Of a DNA stretch of 64,000 nucleotides, positions 38,493 to 48,491 are shown piece after piece. A program made the position numbers and the translations under genes. Origin of the DNA: Gemmatimonadota bacterium (lineage in GTDB: Bacteria > Gemmatimonadota > Gemmatimonadetes > Gemmatimonadales > GWC2-71-9); assembly GCA_039588295.1 (NCBI GenBank), contig JBDHAB010000011.1:13676-77675 (forward strand), read 5' to 3'. A model generated the notes under the pieces. The model searched no databases. It was not told where the DNA came from and saw nothing but the letters and a program-made list of their open reading frames with translations. The stretch's first letter is position 1; every line of letters starts with the position of its first letter.

Positions 38493-39469
38493 CGTGAGCC
38501 TCCCTCTGCGTCCAACCGACAGCGTGCACTCACCGCACAGGACACCCAGAGTCCGTCACCCTGCGGGCCGTACACCCATTGGGCTCGTGAGTAGTTCGCC
38601 CAGATCGGTGGCGTACCCAGGCGCCAGGGGTCGTCCGTCTCGAACGAGACCGGGCGGATGCGTGCGTCTGAGCCATCTCCGGCGACGATGATGGCGCGAG
38701 CCGTCCCGTCCTCGGGATTCAGACCATCGATCCAGAGGTAGTTCATGCCGGGAAAGAGTCCGAGCGGTGGGTAGCCCGCGGGGTCCGCGGGATCCACCCA
38801 GATCCGAGCGACGATACGACCCGTCCGTCCTCGACCCAGCGTGGCTGGCACGAGCACCACCGAATCGTTGAGGTATGCGTGCGGCTCAGGCCACACGCGC
38901 GCCAGCGGTCCTGGCCCGTCAGCCACGGTGAGCCGGTGCTCATCGGCGGGCGCCCCGTCTTCCTCGGCGAACAGCTGCTGGCCGTACGACGCGGCTGCGG
39001 TCCACTGCACCGGATCGCTGGCGTCCATCACGGCGTTGGGATTGAAGCGGTCGTCCACGACGCCCCACTTCGTCCACGGCGGGCGAGGCGCGGGCGCCGT
39101 ACCATTACCGATCAACCGACCGTGAAACCCGACACCGATGGCGGTGATCGCGATCAGCGACACTCCGGATTCGAGTCCGCCGCCGACCATTCCAATCATC
39201 ACCAACGCAATGACGACGGACGCGAGTCCCTGCGAACCGCTGACGATGCCAACAGTCAACCCCGTCAACAATCCCACCACCACCGTGCGGTGGGTCGGAC
39301 GGGGCGACGATCGGTCCCGCACGAGTCCCACGACCACGACGGCCGCAGACAGGATCCAGCAAAGATGAGCGAGAGGAAAGGGGCGCAGCGGCCCGGCGAG
39401 AAGGTGGGGCACCGTCGCAATGACAACATTACCCCATGCAACTAATAGCACGACGTGCGGAAACGACAT
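38489..39469 (-). CDS. Hypothetical membrane-anchored protein
   Basis: N-terminal TM helices, soluble C-terminal domain ending WVSCAVSARC; ATGA overlap with the next gene. Confidence 0.6.
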   Translation of the reverse strand: MSFPHVVLLVAWGNVVIATVPHLLAGPLRPFPLAHLCWILSAAVVVVGLVRDRSSPRPTHRTVVVGLLTGLTVGIVSGSQGLASVVIALVMIGMVGGGLESGVSLIAITAIGVGFHGRLIGNGTAPAPRPPWTKWGVVDDRFNPNAVMDASDPVQWTAAASYGQQLFAEEDGAPADEHRLTVADGPGPLARVWPEPHAYLNDSVVLVPATLGRGRTGRIVARIWVDPADPAGYPPLGLFPGMNYLWIDGLNPEDGTARAIIVAGDGSDARIRPVSFETDDPWRLGTPPIWANYSRAQWVYGPQGDGLWVSCAVSARCRLDAEGGSR

Positions 39470-39676
39470 GCGTCTCACATTGGCCTCCCGTGAGGGTCCG
39501 GGCCACGTCCCGGATGCCGGGCATCGTGGCGGCAGCTCCGGTCCCCGAGAGGGACCGGGAGGCTGGACAGGCAATGATGTCATTCGAACAGCCCTCGCGC
39601 TAGGTCCTGTTGCCGCGCATATTGCGTGGTCGCATTACCCTCCTCCCGATGACTGGTCCGAACAAAGGAGACTGGC

Positions 39677-42229
39677 ATGGGTGACGTGTTCGCAGCCGTT
39701 CCCCACCGCACGCTCGTGAAGCTCACTGCAATGCTCGTCATGGTCACACCGGCGGTCGTAGCCCAGGAACCGGGTTCGATCGTTGGCACGGTGCGCCGCG
39801 CGGATGACGCGAGTCCACTTCGTGGCGTGCTCGTGGTGGTTGCGGGCTCCGGCATCCGAACGTTCACTGGCGGGAACGGACAGTTCGCGCTGCTTCGTGT
39901 CCCCGCCGGCCAGCAGACGGTGCGGTTTCAGTGGCCCGGGTATCGACCGCACGAGGAATCCATCACGGTCACCACAGGCGGGACGGTGACCGTGGACGCC
40001 GTGATCGCGTTCCAGCCGGTGCTGTTGAGCGAGTTCGTGGTGACCGCGCCGTCCCGCGCGCCCGAGCGCGTGGTCGAAGCGCCCGCCGCGGTCTCGATCG
40101 TGGAACCGATCGTGGCGCGGGATCTCTCGAGCACCGCGCAGGTGCCGCTCGCCCTCGCCAAGCTCCCTGGTGTCGATGTGGTGCAGAACGGGGTAAACGA
40201 CTTCAACCTCAACACCCGCGGCTTCAATACCTCGCTCAACCGGCGCGTGCTCGTGCTGCAGGACGGTCGCGACGTCGCCATCGCCTTCCTCGGATCGCAG
40301 GAGTGGAACGCGTTCTCACTGCCGCTCGAGGACATGGGCCGGATCGAATTTGTGCGAGGCCCGGGCTCGGCACTGTACGGCGCGAACTCGCTCACCGGCG
40401 TGCTCAACATCACGACGCCGACCGCGCGCGAGGCCGTGGGCACGAAGCTCTCTCTGGCGGGCGGAGAGCTCAGCACGATCCGCGGCGACCTGAGACATGG
40501 TGGGGTAGTCGCCGACGGGCGCGTGGGCTACCGCCTGAGCGCCGGGTACGCGCGGAGCGAGAGTTGGACTCGATCCCGCACAAATATCGGCGATCTCGCC
40601 GCGGAATACAGCGAATCGGCAGATTCAGTCGAAACGCTGCTCAACACACCCGCGCCGGGGTTCGAACTGCGCCCACTCAACGGCCAGGTCAAAGCGGGAC
40701 CATTCGGAACACCGGGACCGGTCACCGGAGAGCCGGACGACCTGATCAATGTGTATGGAGCCGGGAGGCTGGACGTCTACTTGGACAACGGGTCCGTGGT
40801 CACCGCCGAAGGCGGAGCGACCCACATCTTGAATGAGACGCTCGTCACCGGTGCCGGACGTGTTCAGGTCAGCGACGCCTGGCGGCCGTGGGCGCGCATG
40901 GCGTGGGCGGCCGACCAGTTCAACATCACGGCGTGGTACACGGGCCGGAAATCAAAGAACGGGGCCATCCTCGCCTCCGCTGCACCGATCGACGAGGAGT
41001 CGCACGTCCTGCATGCCGAGGCGCAATACCACCAGACCTTCCTCGAAGGTCGCGGACGCTTTGTGATCGGTGGCTCAGCGCGCAACAGCCTGATCGACAG
41101 CAAACAGACACTGATTGCAGAGGCCGACGACGATCGGAGCGACTGGTACTTCTCCGGTTACGCCCAAGCCGCATTCTCGGTCAGCCCCCAGCTGCGCCTC
41201 GTCGGTGCAGCGCGATACGATGACGGAGAGCTCTTCAAGGGTCAAGTCTCACCGAAGGCGGCCCTGATTTTCAGTCCGAACCAGCGGCATTCGTTTCGTT
41301 TCACGGCCCAGCGGGCGTTCCAGACCCCCAATACGCTCGAGTACTTCCTCTCGGTCGTGGCCGGACCGCCGGCGGACTTCAGCCTGCTCGAAGCGGGACT
41401 CCGCGCTTCTCCGCTCGGCCCAGCACTCACCGGCGTCCCTGACGGGGAACTGTTCACGAACTCGGCTGCGATTCCTGTGCTCGGGCTCGGCAACCCGAAC
41501 CTCGACGTGGAGCACGCGACAACCCTCGAGATCGGCTATAAGGGGCAGATCGGGGATCACGTGTTCGTGACGGTCGACGGGTACTACAGCCGGTTCACGA
41601 ACTTCGTCACCGATCTCCTTCCGGGCGTCAACCCTACGTACGCGCCCTGGACCGCACCCGCCGCCGTGACCGACCCGGAAGCGCAGGTGGTGGAGACGGC
41701 CGTCCGCGACCAACTGTTTGCCGCGGGCGAGCCGTTGGCCGCGGCCGGGCTGACCCGGCTCCCCGATGGGACCACTGCCATTGTCGTATCGATTGGGAAC
41801 GCGGGCGAGGCGGACGCGTTCGGCATTGAACTGGGCACCGGGGTTTGGCTCACCCACGAGTTGCGGCTCGACGGCTCCTACACCCTGTTCACGTGGGATG
41901 TCGACTCCACCACGGTCGTTCCCGGTGACCAGATTCTCGCCGACACCCCGAAACACAAGGGGAGTGTGGCACTCTCGTACATCGGTGCCAACGGAGTCGA
42001 CGCGCGGGTGAGCGCCCAGATCGTGGACGACTATGAATGGGCATCCGGCGTGTTCGCCGGTCGCATTCCGTCACGCCAGACGGTAGACGCCAGCGTCAGC
42101 TATCAAATCAGTCGAAACCTCCGCGTGCATGCGGTGGCCACGAACCTGCTGGACCAGCGGCGTTATCAGCTGTACGGCGGGTCGATCGTCGGCCGGCGGA
42201 TCTTGGGGGGCTTTTCCGTCGTCTATTGA
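39677..42229 (+). CDS. TonB-dependent receptor with an N-terminal carboxypeptidase-regulatory-like domain
   Basis: VVTA, PGV, RGF, LQDG, RIEFVRGPGSALYGAN..GVLN plug; NLLD; terminal aromatic residue. Confidence 0.93.
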   Translation: MGDVFAAVPHRTLVKLTAMLVMVTPAVVAQEPGSIVGTVRRADDASPLRGVLVVVAGSGIRTFTGGNGQFALLRVPAGQQTVRFQWPGYRPHEESITVTTGGTVTVDAVIAFQPVLLSEFVVTAPSRAPERVVEAPAAVSIVEPIVARDLSSTAQVPLALAKLPGVDVVQNGVNDFNLNTRGFNTSLNRRVLVLQDGRDVAIAFLGSQEWNAFSLPLEDMGRIEFVRGPGSALYGANSLTGVLNITTPTAREAVGTKLSLAGGELSTIRGDLRHGGVVADGRVGYRLSAGYARSESWTRSRTNIGDLAAEYSESADSVETLLNTPAPGFELRPLNGQVKAGPFGTPGPVTGEPDDLINVYGAGRLDVYLDNGSVVTAEGGATHILNETLVTGAGRVQVSDAWRPWARMAWAADQFNITAWYTGRKSKNGAILASAAPIDEESHVLHAEAQYHQTFLEGRGRFVIGGSARNSLIDSKQTLIAEADDDRSDWYFSGYAQAAFSVSPQLRLVGAARYDDGELFKGQVSPKAALIFSPNQRHSFRFTAQRAFQTPNTLEYFLSVVAGPPADFSLLEAGLRASPLGPALTGVPDGELFTNSAAIPVLGLGNPNLDVEHATTLEIGYKGQIGDHVFVTVDGYYSRFTNFVTDLLPGVNPTYAPWTAPAAVTDPEAQVVETAVRDQLFAAGEPLAAAGLTRLPDGTTAIVVSIGNAGEADAFGIELGTGVWLTHELRLDGSYTLFTWDVDSTTVVPGDQILADTPKHKGSVALSYIGANGVDARVSAQIVDDYEWASGVFAGRIPSRQTVDASVSYQISRNLRVHAVATNLLDQRRYQLYGGSIVGRRILGGFSVVY

Positions 42230-42301
42230 CCCGCGGCGAGGACTCGTAGCAGACCGCACGCGGCGGCTCGAGCAGACTGCGTTCTCTGCCGGACGTGACG
42301 C

Positions 42302-44581
42302 CTACAGGCCCAACCGATCCACGATTGCCACGAATCGCGGATCGTCTCTCAGCGGGTCGAACGTGGGACGGACGTTGAGCCAAATCAAGTCGGTCGCGTG
42401 ACGCTCGTGCGCCTCCTGGAGGCGCGCGACTGCCCGATCGTTCTCGCCGAGCGCGAGCTCGACCTGCGCCAGCAGCACCGGTGACACGTAGCGTTCCTCC
42501 GACAGCGTCACGAGCTGCTTCAGCATGCGCTCCGCCTGGTCCCGCTTGCCGGAACTGGCGAGGACGTGTGCCAGCGCGGCTTGGGTCTCGCCACTGGCCG
42601 ACAGCGCCGCCGCACGCTCCAACGCCGCGGCTGCCTCGTCGTAGCTCCCCTGTTGCTCGAGCGCGAGCCCAAGAAAGTAGTGCGCCATCGCGAAGTGCTC
42701 ATCCAATCGCAGCGCCTCACGGCTGGTTGCAACCGTACGCTGAAAGTCACCCTCGTAGTAGCTGAGGGCCGCGAAGCTCACAGCGATACTCAGTGACAAC
42801 GGGTCGAGCACCTGTGCCCGTCGAAGCTCCTGGTGTCCCGCCGTGAACCGTTGGAGTGGAGTCAGGTGATTGATCGCGTACCATTGATGGCCGGTCGGAT
42901 ACTGTGGGTTCACGGCGATAGCCCGGGTGAAATGCTCTTCCGCCGCCCGCCAGTCCCACTCGTAGATGGCGAATACGCAGGCGCGGGCCGTAAGCGCCTC
43001 GGCCAGCGCATGGTCGATCGCGAGCGCGCGATCCGCGCTGGCCTTGGCGGCCGGCATCACCTCATCTGGCGCGGCGGTGCCGTACAGACCGAGCGTGACA
43101 TAGGCATCGGCCAGTGCCGCGTGGGCGAGTGCGAAATTGACATCGTCTTCGACGGCCCCCTTGAGGCACTCCACACTCTGCCAGAGGCCCGATTCAGTGC
43201 GCATGTTCCAGTAGTACCTCCCGCGGAGGTACTGCTCGTAGGTGGCGAAGCCTCGCGTTTGCTGTGGCCGCGAACCCGGCGCAGGCGGCGGTGCGCTGAC
43301 TGCCGCTCCGTCGGCGCTCAACAGGTCGTTGAGCGTCGCAGCGATGGCGGCGGTGATCTCGTCCTGTATCGTCAAGAGGTCATCCACCTGCCGGTCATAG
43401 CGTTCCGACCAGAGCTGATACCCGTCTCCCACGTCGATCAGCTGGGCCGTTACCCGGATCTTGTCGCCGGTCCGCCGGACGCTCCCTTCGACAACCCGGC
43501 GGACGTTGAGCCGCTCACCGATCGCGCGCACGTCGAGGTTCGAGCCCTTGAAGGCGAACGCGGACGTCCTCGCCACGACCCGCAGAGCACCGGTCCGCGC
43601 AAGCACGTGGATGAGCTCCTCACTGATGCCGTCACCGAGATACTCGTCGAGGGCGTCGGGGCTCATGCTCACGAACGGGAGCACGGCGACCGAGTTCACG
43701 GGAGTCTCGATGCGCGGTGGCTGCACGCTCCAGGTGGCAGAGGTCTGGTCGCGGTCCGGGGCGAGCGCTTCCACGAACTGCTGCACCGTGGCGAACCGCT
43801 CCGCCGGGGCGCTGGCGAGCGCCCGTCCAATCACGTGCTCGATTCGGCCCGGCACGGTATCGGGGGCCACGCGGAGCCGCGGGACGGTCCCCATCGCCTT
43901 CTGGGCGAAGATCGCCATCGCTGAGGGACCCTGGAACGCCGCTTCGCCAGCCAGCATCTCGTACAGGACACATCCGAGGCTGTAGAGGTCGCTGCGGCCG
44001 TCGACGTCCTGCCCCCACGCCTGCTCCGGGCTCATATAGACCGGCGTCCCGATGGCGAGCCCTGTCTGGGTGAGCTTGTCACCCCCCGCCGCATCGACCG
44101 CTCGTGCAATGCCGAAGTCGACGACGACGGCGTGGCCGCTCTCCAGGAGAATGTTCTCGGGTTTGACATCCCGATGGATCACTCCGCGCGTGTGTGCGTA
44201 GCTCAAGGCGTCCGCAACATTGCGCGTGATCTGCAACGCTTCGGCCAATCGGAGCCGCTGCTCGCGATCCAGCCGGTCGCGCAGCGGCTCGCCTTCAACG
44301 TACGGCATTACGTAGAAGACGAAATCGTCCGCCTCTCCGGAATCGTAGAGCGGCAGGATGTGGGGGTGGCGCAGGTTCGCGGTCGTGGTGATCTCTCGCA
44401 AGAACCGCTCGTGGCCAAGTGCGGCCGCGAGCTCCGGCTTGAGGACCTTCACCGCGACCTTGCGTTGGTGCTTGATGTCCTCGGCGAGATAGACCGTAGC
44501 CATACCTCCTGCCCCGAGCTGCTTCTCGATGGCGTAGCGGTCGGCGAGGGCGGCTGTCAGACGCTCGAGCTGGTCAGACAT
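42302..44581 (-). CDS. Ser/Thr protein kinase with TolB-like and TPR domains
   Basis: GAGGMATV, HRDVKPEN, DFG; SVAVLPF, ARTSAF, VEGSVR, WSERYDR; FDPLRDDPRF. Confidence 0.93.
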   Translation of the reverse strand: MSDQLERLTAALADRYAIEKQLGAGGMATVYLAEDIKHQRKVAVKVLKPELAAALGHERFLREITTTANLRHPHILPLYDSGEADDFVFYVMPYVEGEPLRDRLDREQRLRLAEALQITRNVADALSYAHTRGVIHRDVKPENILLESGHAVVVDFGIARAVDAAGGDKLTQTGLAIGTPVYMSPEQAWGQDVDGRSDLYSLGCVLYEMLAGEAAFQGPSAMAIFAQKAMGTVPRLRVAPDTVPGRIEHVIGRALASAPAERFATVQQFVEALAPDRDQTSATWSVQPPRIETPVNSVAVLPFVSMSPDALDEYLGDGISEELIHVLARTGALRVVARTSAFAFKGSNLDVRAIGERLNVRRVVEGSVRRTGDKIRVTAQLIDVGDGYQLWSERYDRQVDDLLTIQDEITAAIAATLNDLLSADGAAVSAPPPAPGSRPQQTRGFATYEQYLRGRYYWNMRTESGLWQSVECLKGAVEDDVNFALAHAALADAYVTLGLYGTAAPDEVMPAAKASADRALAIDHALAEALTARACVFAIYEWDWRAAEEHFTRAIAVNPQYPTGHQWYAINHLTPLQRFTAGHQELRRAQVLDPLSLSIAVSFAALSYYEGDFQRTVATSREALRLDEHFAMAHYFLGLALEQQGSYDEAAAALERAAALSASGETQAALAHVLASSGKRDQAERMLKQLVTLSEERYVSPVLLAQVELALGENDRAVARLQEAHERHATDLIWLNVRPTFDPLRDDPRFVAIVDRLGL

Positions 44582-44717
44582 AATACGAGGAGGCAAAGAT
44601 GTGTCCAGGTTCTCACGGCCGCGAGTGCACCACGCATTGACACCACCCCGCGAGGATATGAACCTAATCGGGCTACCAAGCTCGCGCCCCACCAAGAACC
44701 TCAAGAATGCGAAGATA

Positions 44718-45782
44718 ATGGCCGGCGACCGCAAACGCATGAACGTCTTCGAGCGCTATCTCAGCCTTTGGGTGGCGCTCTGCATGGTACTCGGCGTGGC
44801 GTTGGGCCGCCTGGTTCCGGGCCTGGTAGGGGCGTTTCGCGGCCTGGAGTTCGGCGAGGGGAGTCACATCAACGTTCCTATCGCCGTGCTCATCTGGCTC
44901 ATGATCTATCCGATGATGCTCAAGATCGACTTTGCTTCGATCAGGCATGTCGGAAAGCGCCCGAAGGGTCTCTTTGTCACCCTGTTCGTCAACTGGCTCG
45001 TCAAACCGTTTTCGATGGCATTCTTTGGCTGGCTGTTCTTCCGTCACCTCTTTGCCCCGCTCATCGGTGCCGAGCTGGCAAGTCAGTACATCGCCGGTGT
45101 GATCATACTCGCGGCCGCCCCCTGCACCGCCATGGTGTTCGTCTGGTCCTACCTCTCGGACGGCGACCCCGCGTACACCCTGGTCCAGGTCTCGGTCAAC
45201 GACTTGATCATGCTCGTGGCCTTTGCACCGATCGTGAAGCTCCTGGTGTCCGGTGCCTCAGGACTCGACGTGCCGTTCCAAGTTCTGCTCTATTCGGTCA
45301 TCATCTTCGTGGTGATTCCGCTGGCCGCCGGCTCCATCACCCGTCGCGTATTGATCGCTCGACGAGGCATCGAGTGGTTCAACACCCGCTACGTCGCGCG
45401 GTTCGCACCGGTCACGGTGCTCGCGCTCCTTGCGACCCTCGTGCTGATCTTCGCGTTTCAAGCCGAGAACATCACGACGCGCTGGTTCCACGTGCTGTTG
45501 ATCGCGATCCCGATCCTCATTCAGGTGTACTTCAATTCCTCCCTCACGTACGGGCTGATGCGGCTATTCCGGGTGGACTACGCCGTCGCGGCACCCGGTG
45601 CGTTGATCGGCGCGTCCAATTTCTTTGAACTGGCGGTCGCAACGGCTATTGCGCTCTACGGACCCGAATCGGGCGCGGCGCTGGCGACGGTGGTAGGGGT
45701 GTTGGTCGAAGTACCGGTCATGCTGTCGGTGTGCCGTGTCTGTGTGGCTACGCGGCACTGGTTCCAGCCCGAGCACTCGTGA
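44718..45782 (+). CDS. acr3: ACR3 family arsenite efflux transporter
   Basis: FERYLSLWV, NWLVKPF, APCTAMVFVW, GASNFFELA, GVLVEVP. Confidence 0.95.
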   Translation: MAGDRKRMNVFERYLSLWVALCMVLGVALGRLVPGLVGAFRGLEFGEGSHINVPIAVLIWLMIYPMMLKIDFASIRHVGKRPKGLFVTLFVNWLVKPFSMAFFGWLFFRHLFAPLIGAELASQYIAGVIILAAAPCTAMVFVWSYLSDGDPAYTLVQVSVNDLIMLVAFAPIVKLLVSGASGLDVPFQVLLYSVIIFVVIPLAAGSITRRVLIARRGIEWFNTRYVARFAPVTVLALLATLVLIFAFQAENITTRWFHVLLIAIPILIQVYFNSSLTYGLMRLFRVDYAVAAPGALIGASNFFELAVATAIALYGPESGAALATVVGVLVEVPVMLSVCRVCVATRHWFQPEHS

Positions 45783-45859
45783 CCGAATGCGCCGTGCGGG
45801 GCGCAGCCGCCCATGGGTGGAGTAGTACAACCACGGACATCCACCGTTACACTTGACCC

Positions 45860-47137
45860 ATGCGCACGCACCGCGTGGTGATTGTCGGCGGGGGGTTCGG
45901 CGGGCTCAGTGTCGCTCGGCGGCTTCGACGAGCACCGGTCGAGGTCACCCTCATCGATCGGCGGAACTTCCACCTCTTTCAACCGCTGCTGTACCAGGTG
46001 GCGACGGGTGGACTATCGCCGGGCGATATCAGCTCCGCACTCCGCTGGATACTCCGGCGGCAGCGCAACGTGCGCGTATGGCTCGGCGACGCGATCGGCG
46101 TCGACGCGACGGGCAGACGCGTCCTGCTTGCCGATGGGGAAGTGTCGTACGACACGCTGGTCATTGCGACGGGGGTCACACATCACTACTTCGGTCACGA
46201 CGAGTTCGAACGGCACGCGCCCGGCCTCAAGACGGTCGAGAACGCCACTGAGATCCGCACACGCATCCTGCGCGCCTTCGAGGCAGCAGAGCGCGAGCCG
46301 GACGTGGGCGAGCGCACCGCATGGCTCACATTCGTAGTGGTCGGGGCGGGACCGACAGGCGTCGAACTGGCCGGCGCCATCGCGGAGCTCACCAACCAAA
46401 CCATGAAACGGGACTTCCGTGCGGTTGACACGACCACGGCGAGCGTGCTGCTGGTGGAAGGCACCGAACGGGTCCTACCTAGCTATCCCACCGATCTCTC
46501 TGCCAAAGCGGACCGGTCACTCACCCACTTGGGCGTCCAGGTACGCACGCGATCGCTGGTAACCGACATCTCCGAACGCGGAGTGCAGTTACGAACGGAG
46601 AAGGCAACTGAATCCATACCGACCCGGACGGTGCTGTGGGCAGCCGGAGTCAGAGCATCACCGCTTGGGCAGGCCGTTGCGACCGCCACCGGGGCCAAAC
46701 TCGACGACGTGGGCCGGATCGTCGTGGAACCCGATCTCACCATTCCCGGCCATCCCGAGGTCTTCGTGCTCGGGGATCTCGCCAACTTCACGCACCAGAC
46801 AGGCGAACCGCTCCCAGGGGTCGCCCCCGTTGCGATGGCTCAGGGTCGCTACGTGGCCGCCGCAGTCAAGCGACGCCTGCGAGAAAAGCCTGTTCCGCCA
46901 TTTCGCTACCGGGACAAGGGACAGCTAGCAACCATCGGGCGCGCTGCCGCCGTGGCGGACTTCGGCCGGCTGCGCTTCTCTGGATACCCCGCCTGGCTGC
47001 TATGGCTCTTCGTACACCTCATGTACGTCGTCGAGTTCGAGAACCGCGTGCTCGTCTTCGTGCAGTGGGCCTGGAACTATCTGACGCGCCACCGCGGCGT
47101 GCGACTGATCGCTCACGGCGATACCCGTCGATGGTAG
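45860..47137 (+). CDS. ndh: Type II NADH:quinone oxidoreductase
   Basis: GGGFGG, FQPLLYQVATG, GAGPTGVELAG, WAAGV, GD, YRDKG..ATIGR. Confidence 0.92.
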   Translation: MRTHRVVIVGGGFGGLSVARRLRRAPVEVTLIDRRNFHLFQPLLYQVATGGLSPGDISSALRWILRRQRNVRVWLGDAIGVDATGRRVLLADGEVSYDTLVIATGVTHHYFGHDEFERHAPGLKTVENATEIRTRILRAFEAAEREPDVGERTAWLTFVVVGAGPTGVELAGAIAELTNQTMKRDFRAVDTTTASVLLVEGTERVLPSYPTDLSAKADRSLTHLGVQVRTRSLVTDISERGVQLRTEKATESIPTRTVLWAAGVRASPLGQAVATATGAKLDDVGRIVVEPDLTIPGHPEVFVLGDLANFTHQTGEPLPGVAPVAMAQGRYVAAAVKRRLREKPVPPFRYRDKGQLATIGRAAAVADFGRLRFSGYPAWLLWLFVHLMYVVEFENRVLVFVQWAWNYLTRHRGVRLIAHGDTRRW

Positions 47138-47205
47138 CGAAGTCGCCGGCGTCACCCCGCGCGCGGGATCACACCGCGTGGCTCACGGCGCCCAGACGGT
47201 CCAAC

Positions 47206-47691
47206 TCACGCGCCGTTCGCCAACGCCTTCTTCAGCATCGCGATTTGGCCCGTGTGATACGCGTCGTGTTGCGCGAGGCCGTGCAGCATGCCGTAGAACG
47301 AATCGGTGCGTCCGGCGACGGAAACTCCCTCGACCGGTTCGCTGAGCCGAGTCGGGGGAAACTCCCGGATGGCATCGCGCAGTCGACGGTGGGCCTCGAC
47401 CAACCGTGACCTCGCCTCGCTCCACGAGGCGTCGCCCATTTGCTGGACCCTCGGCCAATCCGCCTCACCCGTGAGGGGTCGCGCATCCTCCCAGAGGCGA
47501 CGTGTGACCTCGCCCGCCCAGGCGGACATGTGGAGCACGATCTCCCAGATCGAGTGGGCCCCAGGGATCGGCCGCGCTACGGCGTCGGACGCCGGGATCC
47601 CACTGAGAGCTTCCTGAATTGCCGGCCCATGCCACGCACCCCCGTGTGCCATCCGGTCCAGTTCATCGGCAATGAGCTCACTTTCCAACAT
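47206..47691 (-). CDS. DinB family protein
   Basis: HSIWEIVLH and QHDAYHTGQI His triad. Confidence 0.88.
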   Translation of the reverse strand: MLESELIADELDRMAHGGAWHGPAIQEALSGIPASDAVARPIPGAHSIWEIVLHMSAWAGEVTRRLWEDARPLTGEADWPRVQQMGDASWSEARSRLVEAHRRLRDAIREFPPTRLSEPVEGVSVAGRTDSFYGMLHGLAQHDAYHTGQIAMLKKALANGA

Positions 47692-47834
47692 GTGGACCTC
47701 CGTACTGAGCGTTCATGTGAAACCGATATAGCGTATCTTACTGGTTATTGTACCTCGAGGTTTATAACTTGTCAAGCCGTCAATGTGGGTTAGATTCTAC
47801 CTGAGGTTACCTCGCTGGGGGGGGATCTGGATCG

Positions 47835-48491
47835 ATGACCAAGACGGAGGGCTCTCAGCCGTTCAAATGGGTGGGTGAGTGGCTCTGCCTCGACTTCAAC
47901 AACACGGTCGATTGGGATCAGCTCGAGGCGAGCACGGGAGAGCGGCTGCCCGACTTCAGTCGCTTGGCGGCATGGAGCCACGAGGCCGGCTTGTTGTCGC
48001 CGCGGACCAAGAAGCTCCTGCTGTCGAAGGCCGAGGCGCGACCCACCGCAGCCCGGCGCGCGTTACAGGAGGCCTGGACGCTCCGCCAGACTATACACGC
48101 GATCTTTCTTGCCGTGTCGAACCGGAAGCAGCCTGCAACGCGGGCCCTGGAGGAGCTGAACCGTCGTTTGGCTGACGTTCCGGCTCAAGTGGAGCTCGCA
48201 TCTGCGACGCCGACCTTTGTGTGGGGGTGGCCGGCTCGGCGTGACGACTTGACCGCCATGCTGTGGCCTATCGCGTGGTCGGCGAGTCAGCTCCTCACCG
48301 CGCCGGCGCTCGCACGGGTGCGGACGTGCGCCAGCGAGGATTGCGGCTGGATGTTCATCGACTCCAGCCGGAAGCACAACCGTAAGTGGTGCGAGATGGG
48401 CGTGTGCGGGAACCGGGCGAAAGCGCGGCGCTTCTACGAGCGGAGAAAGCAACGGAACCGTGGCGGAGGCAGTCGGCAGCGATCAGAGTGA
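47835..48491 (+). CDS. ABATE / CGNR zinc-finger regulator
   Basis: LCLDFNNT; CASEDCGWMF..WCEMGVCGNRAKARR. Confidence 0.92.
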   Translation: MTKTEGSQPFKWVGEWLCLDFNNTVDWDQLEASTGERLPDFSRLAAWSHEAGLLSPRTKKLLLSKAEARPTAARRALQEAWTLRQTIHAIFLAVSNRKQPATRALEELNRRLADVPAQVELASATPTFVWGWPARRDDLTAMLWPIAWSASQLLTAPALARVRTCASEDCGWMFIDSSRKHNRKWCEMGVCGNRAKARRFYERRKQRNRGGGSRQRSE

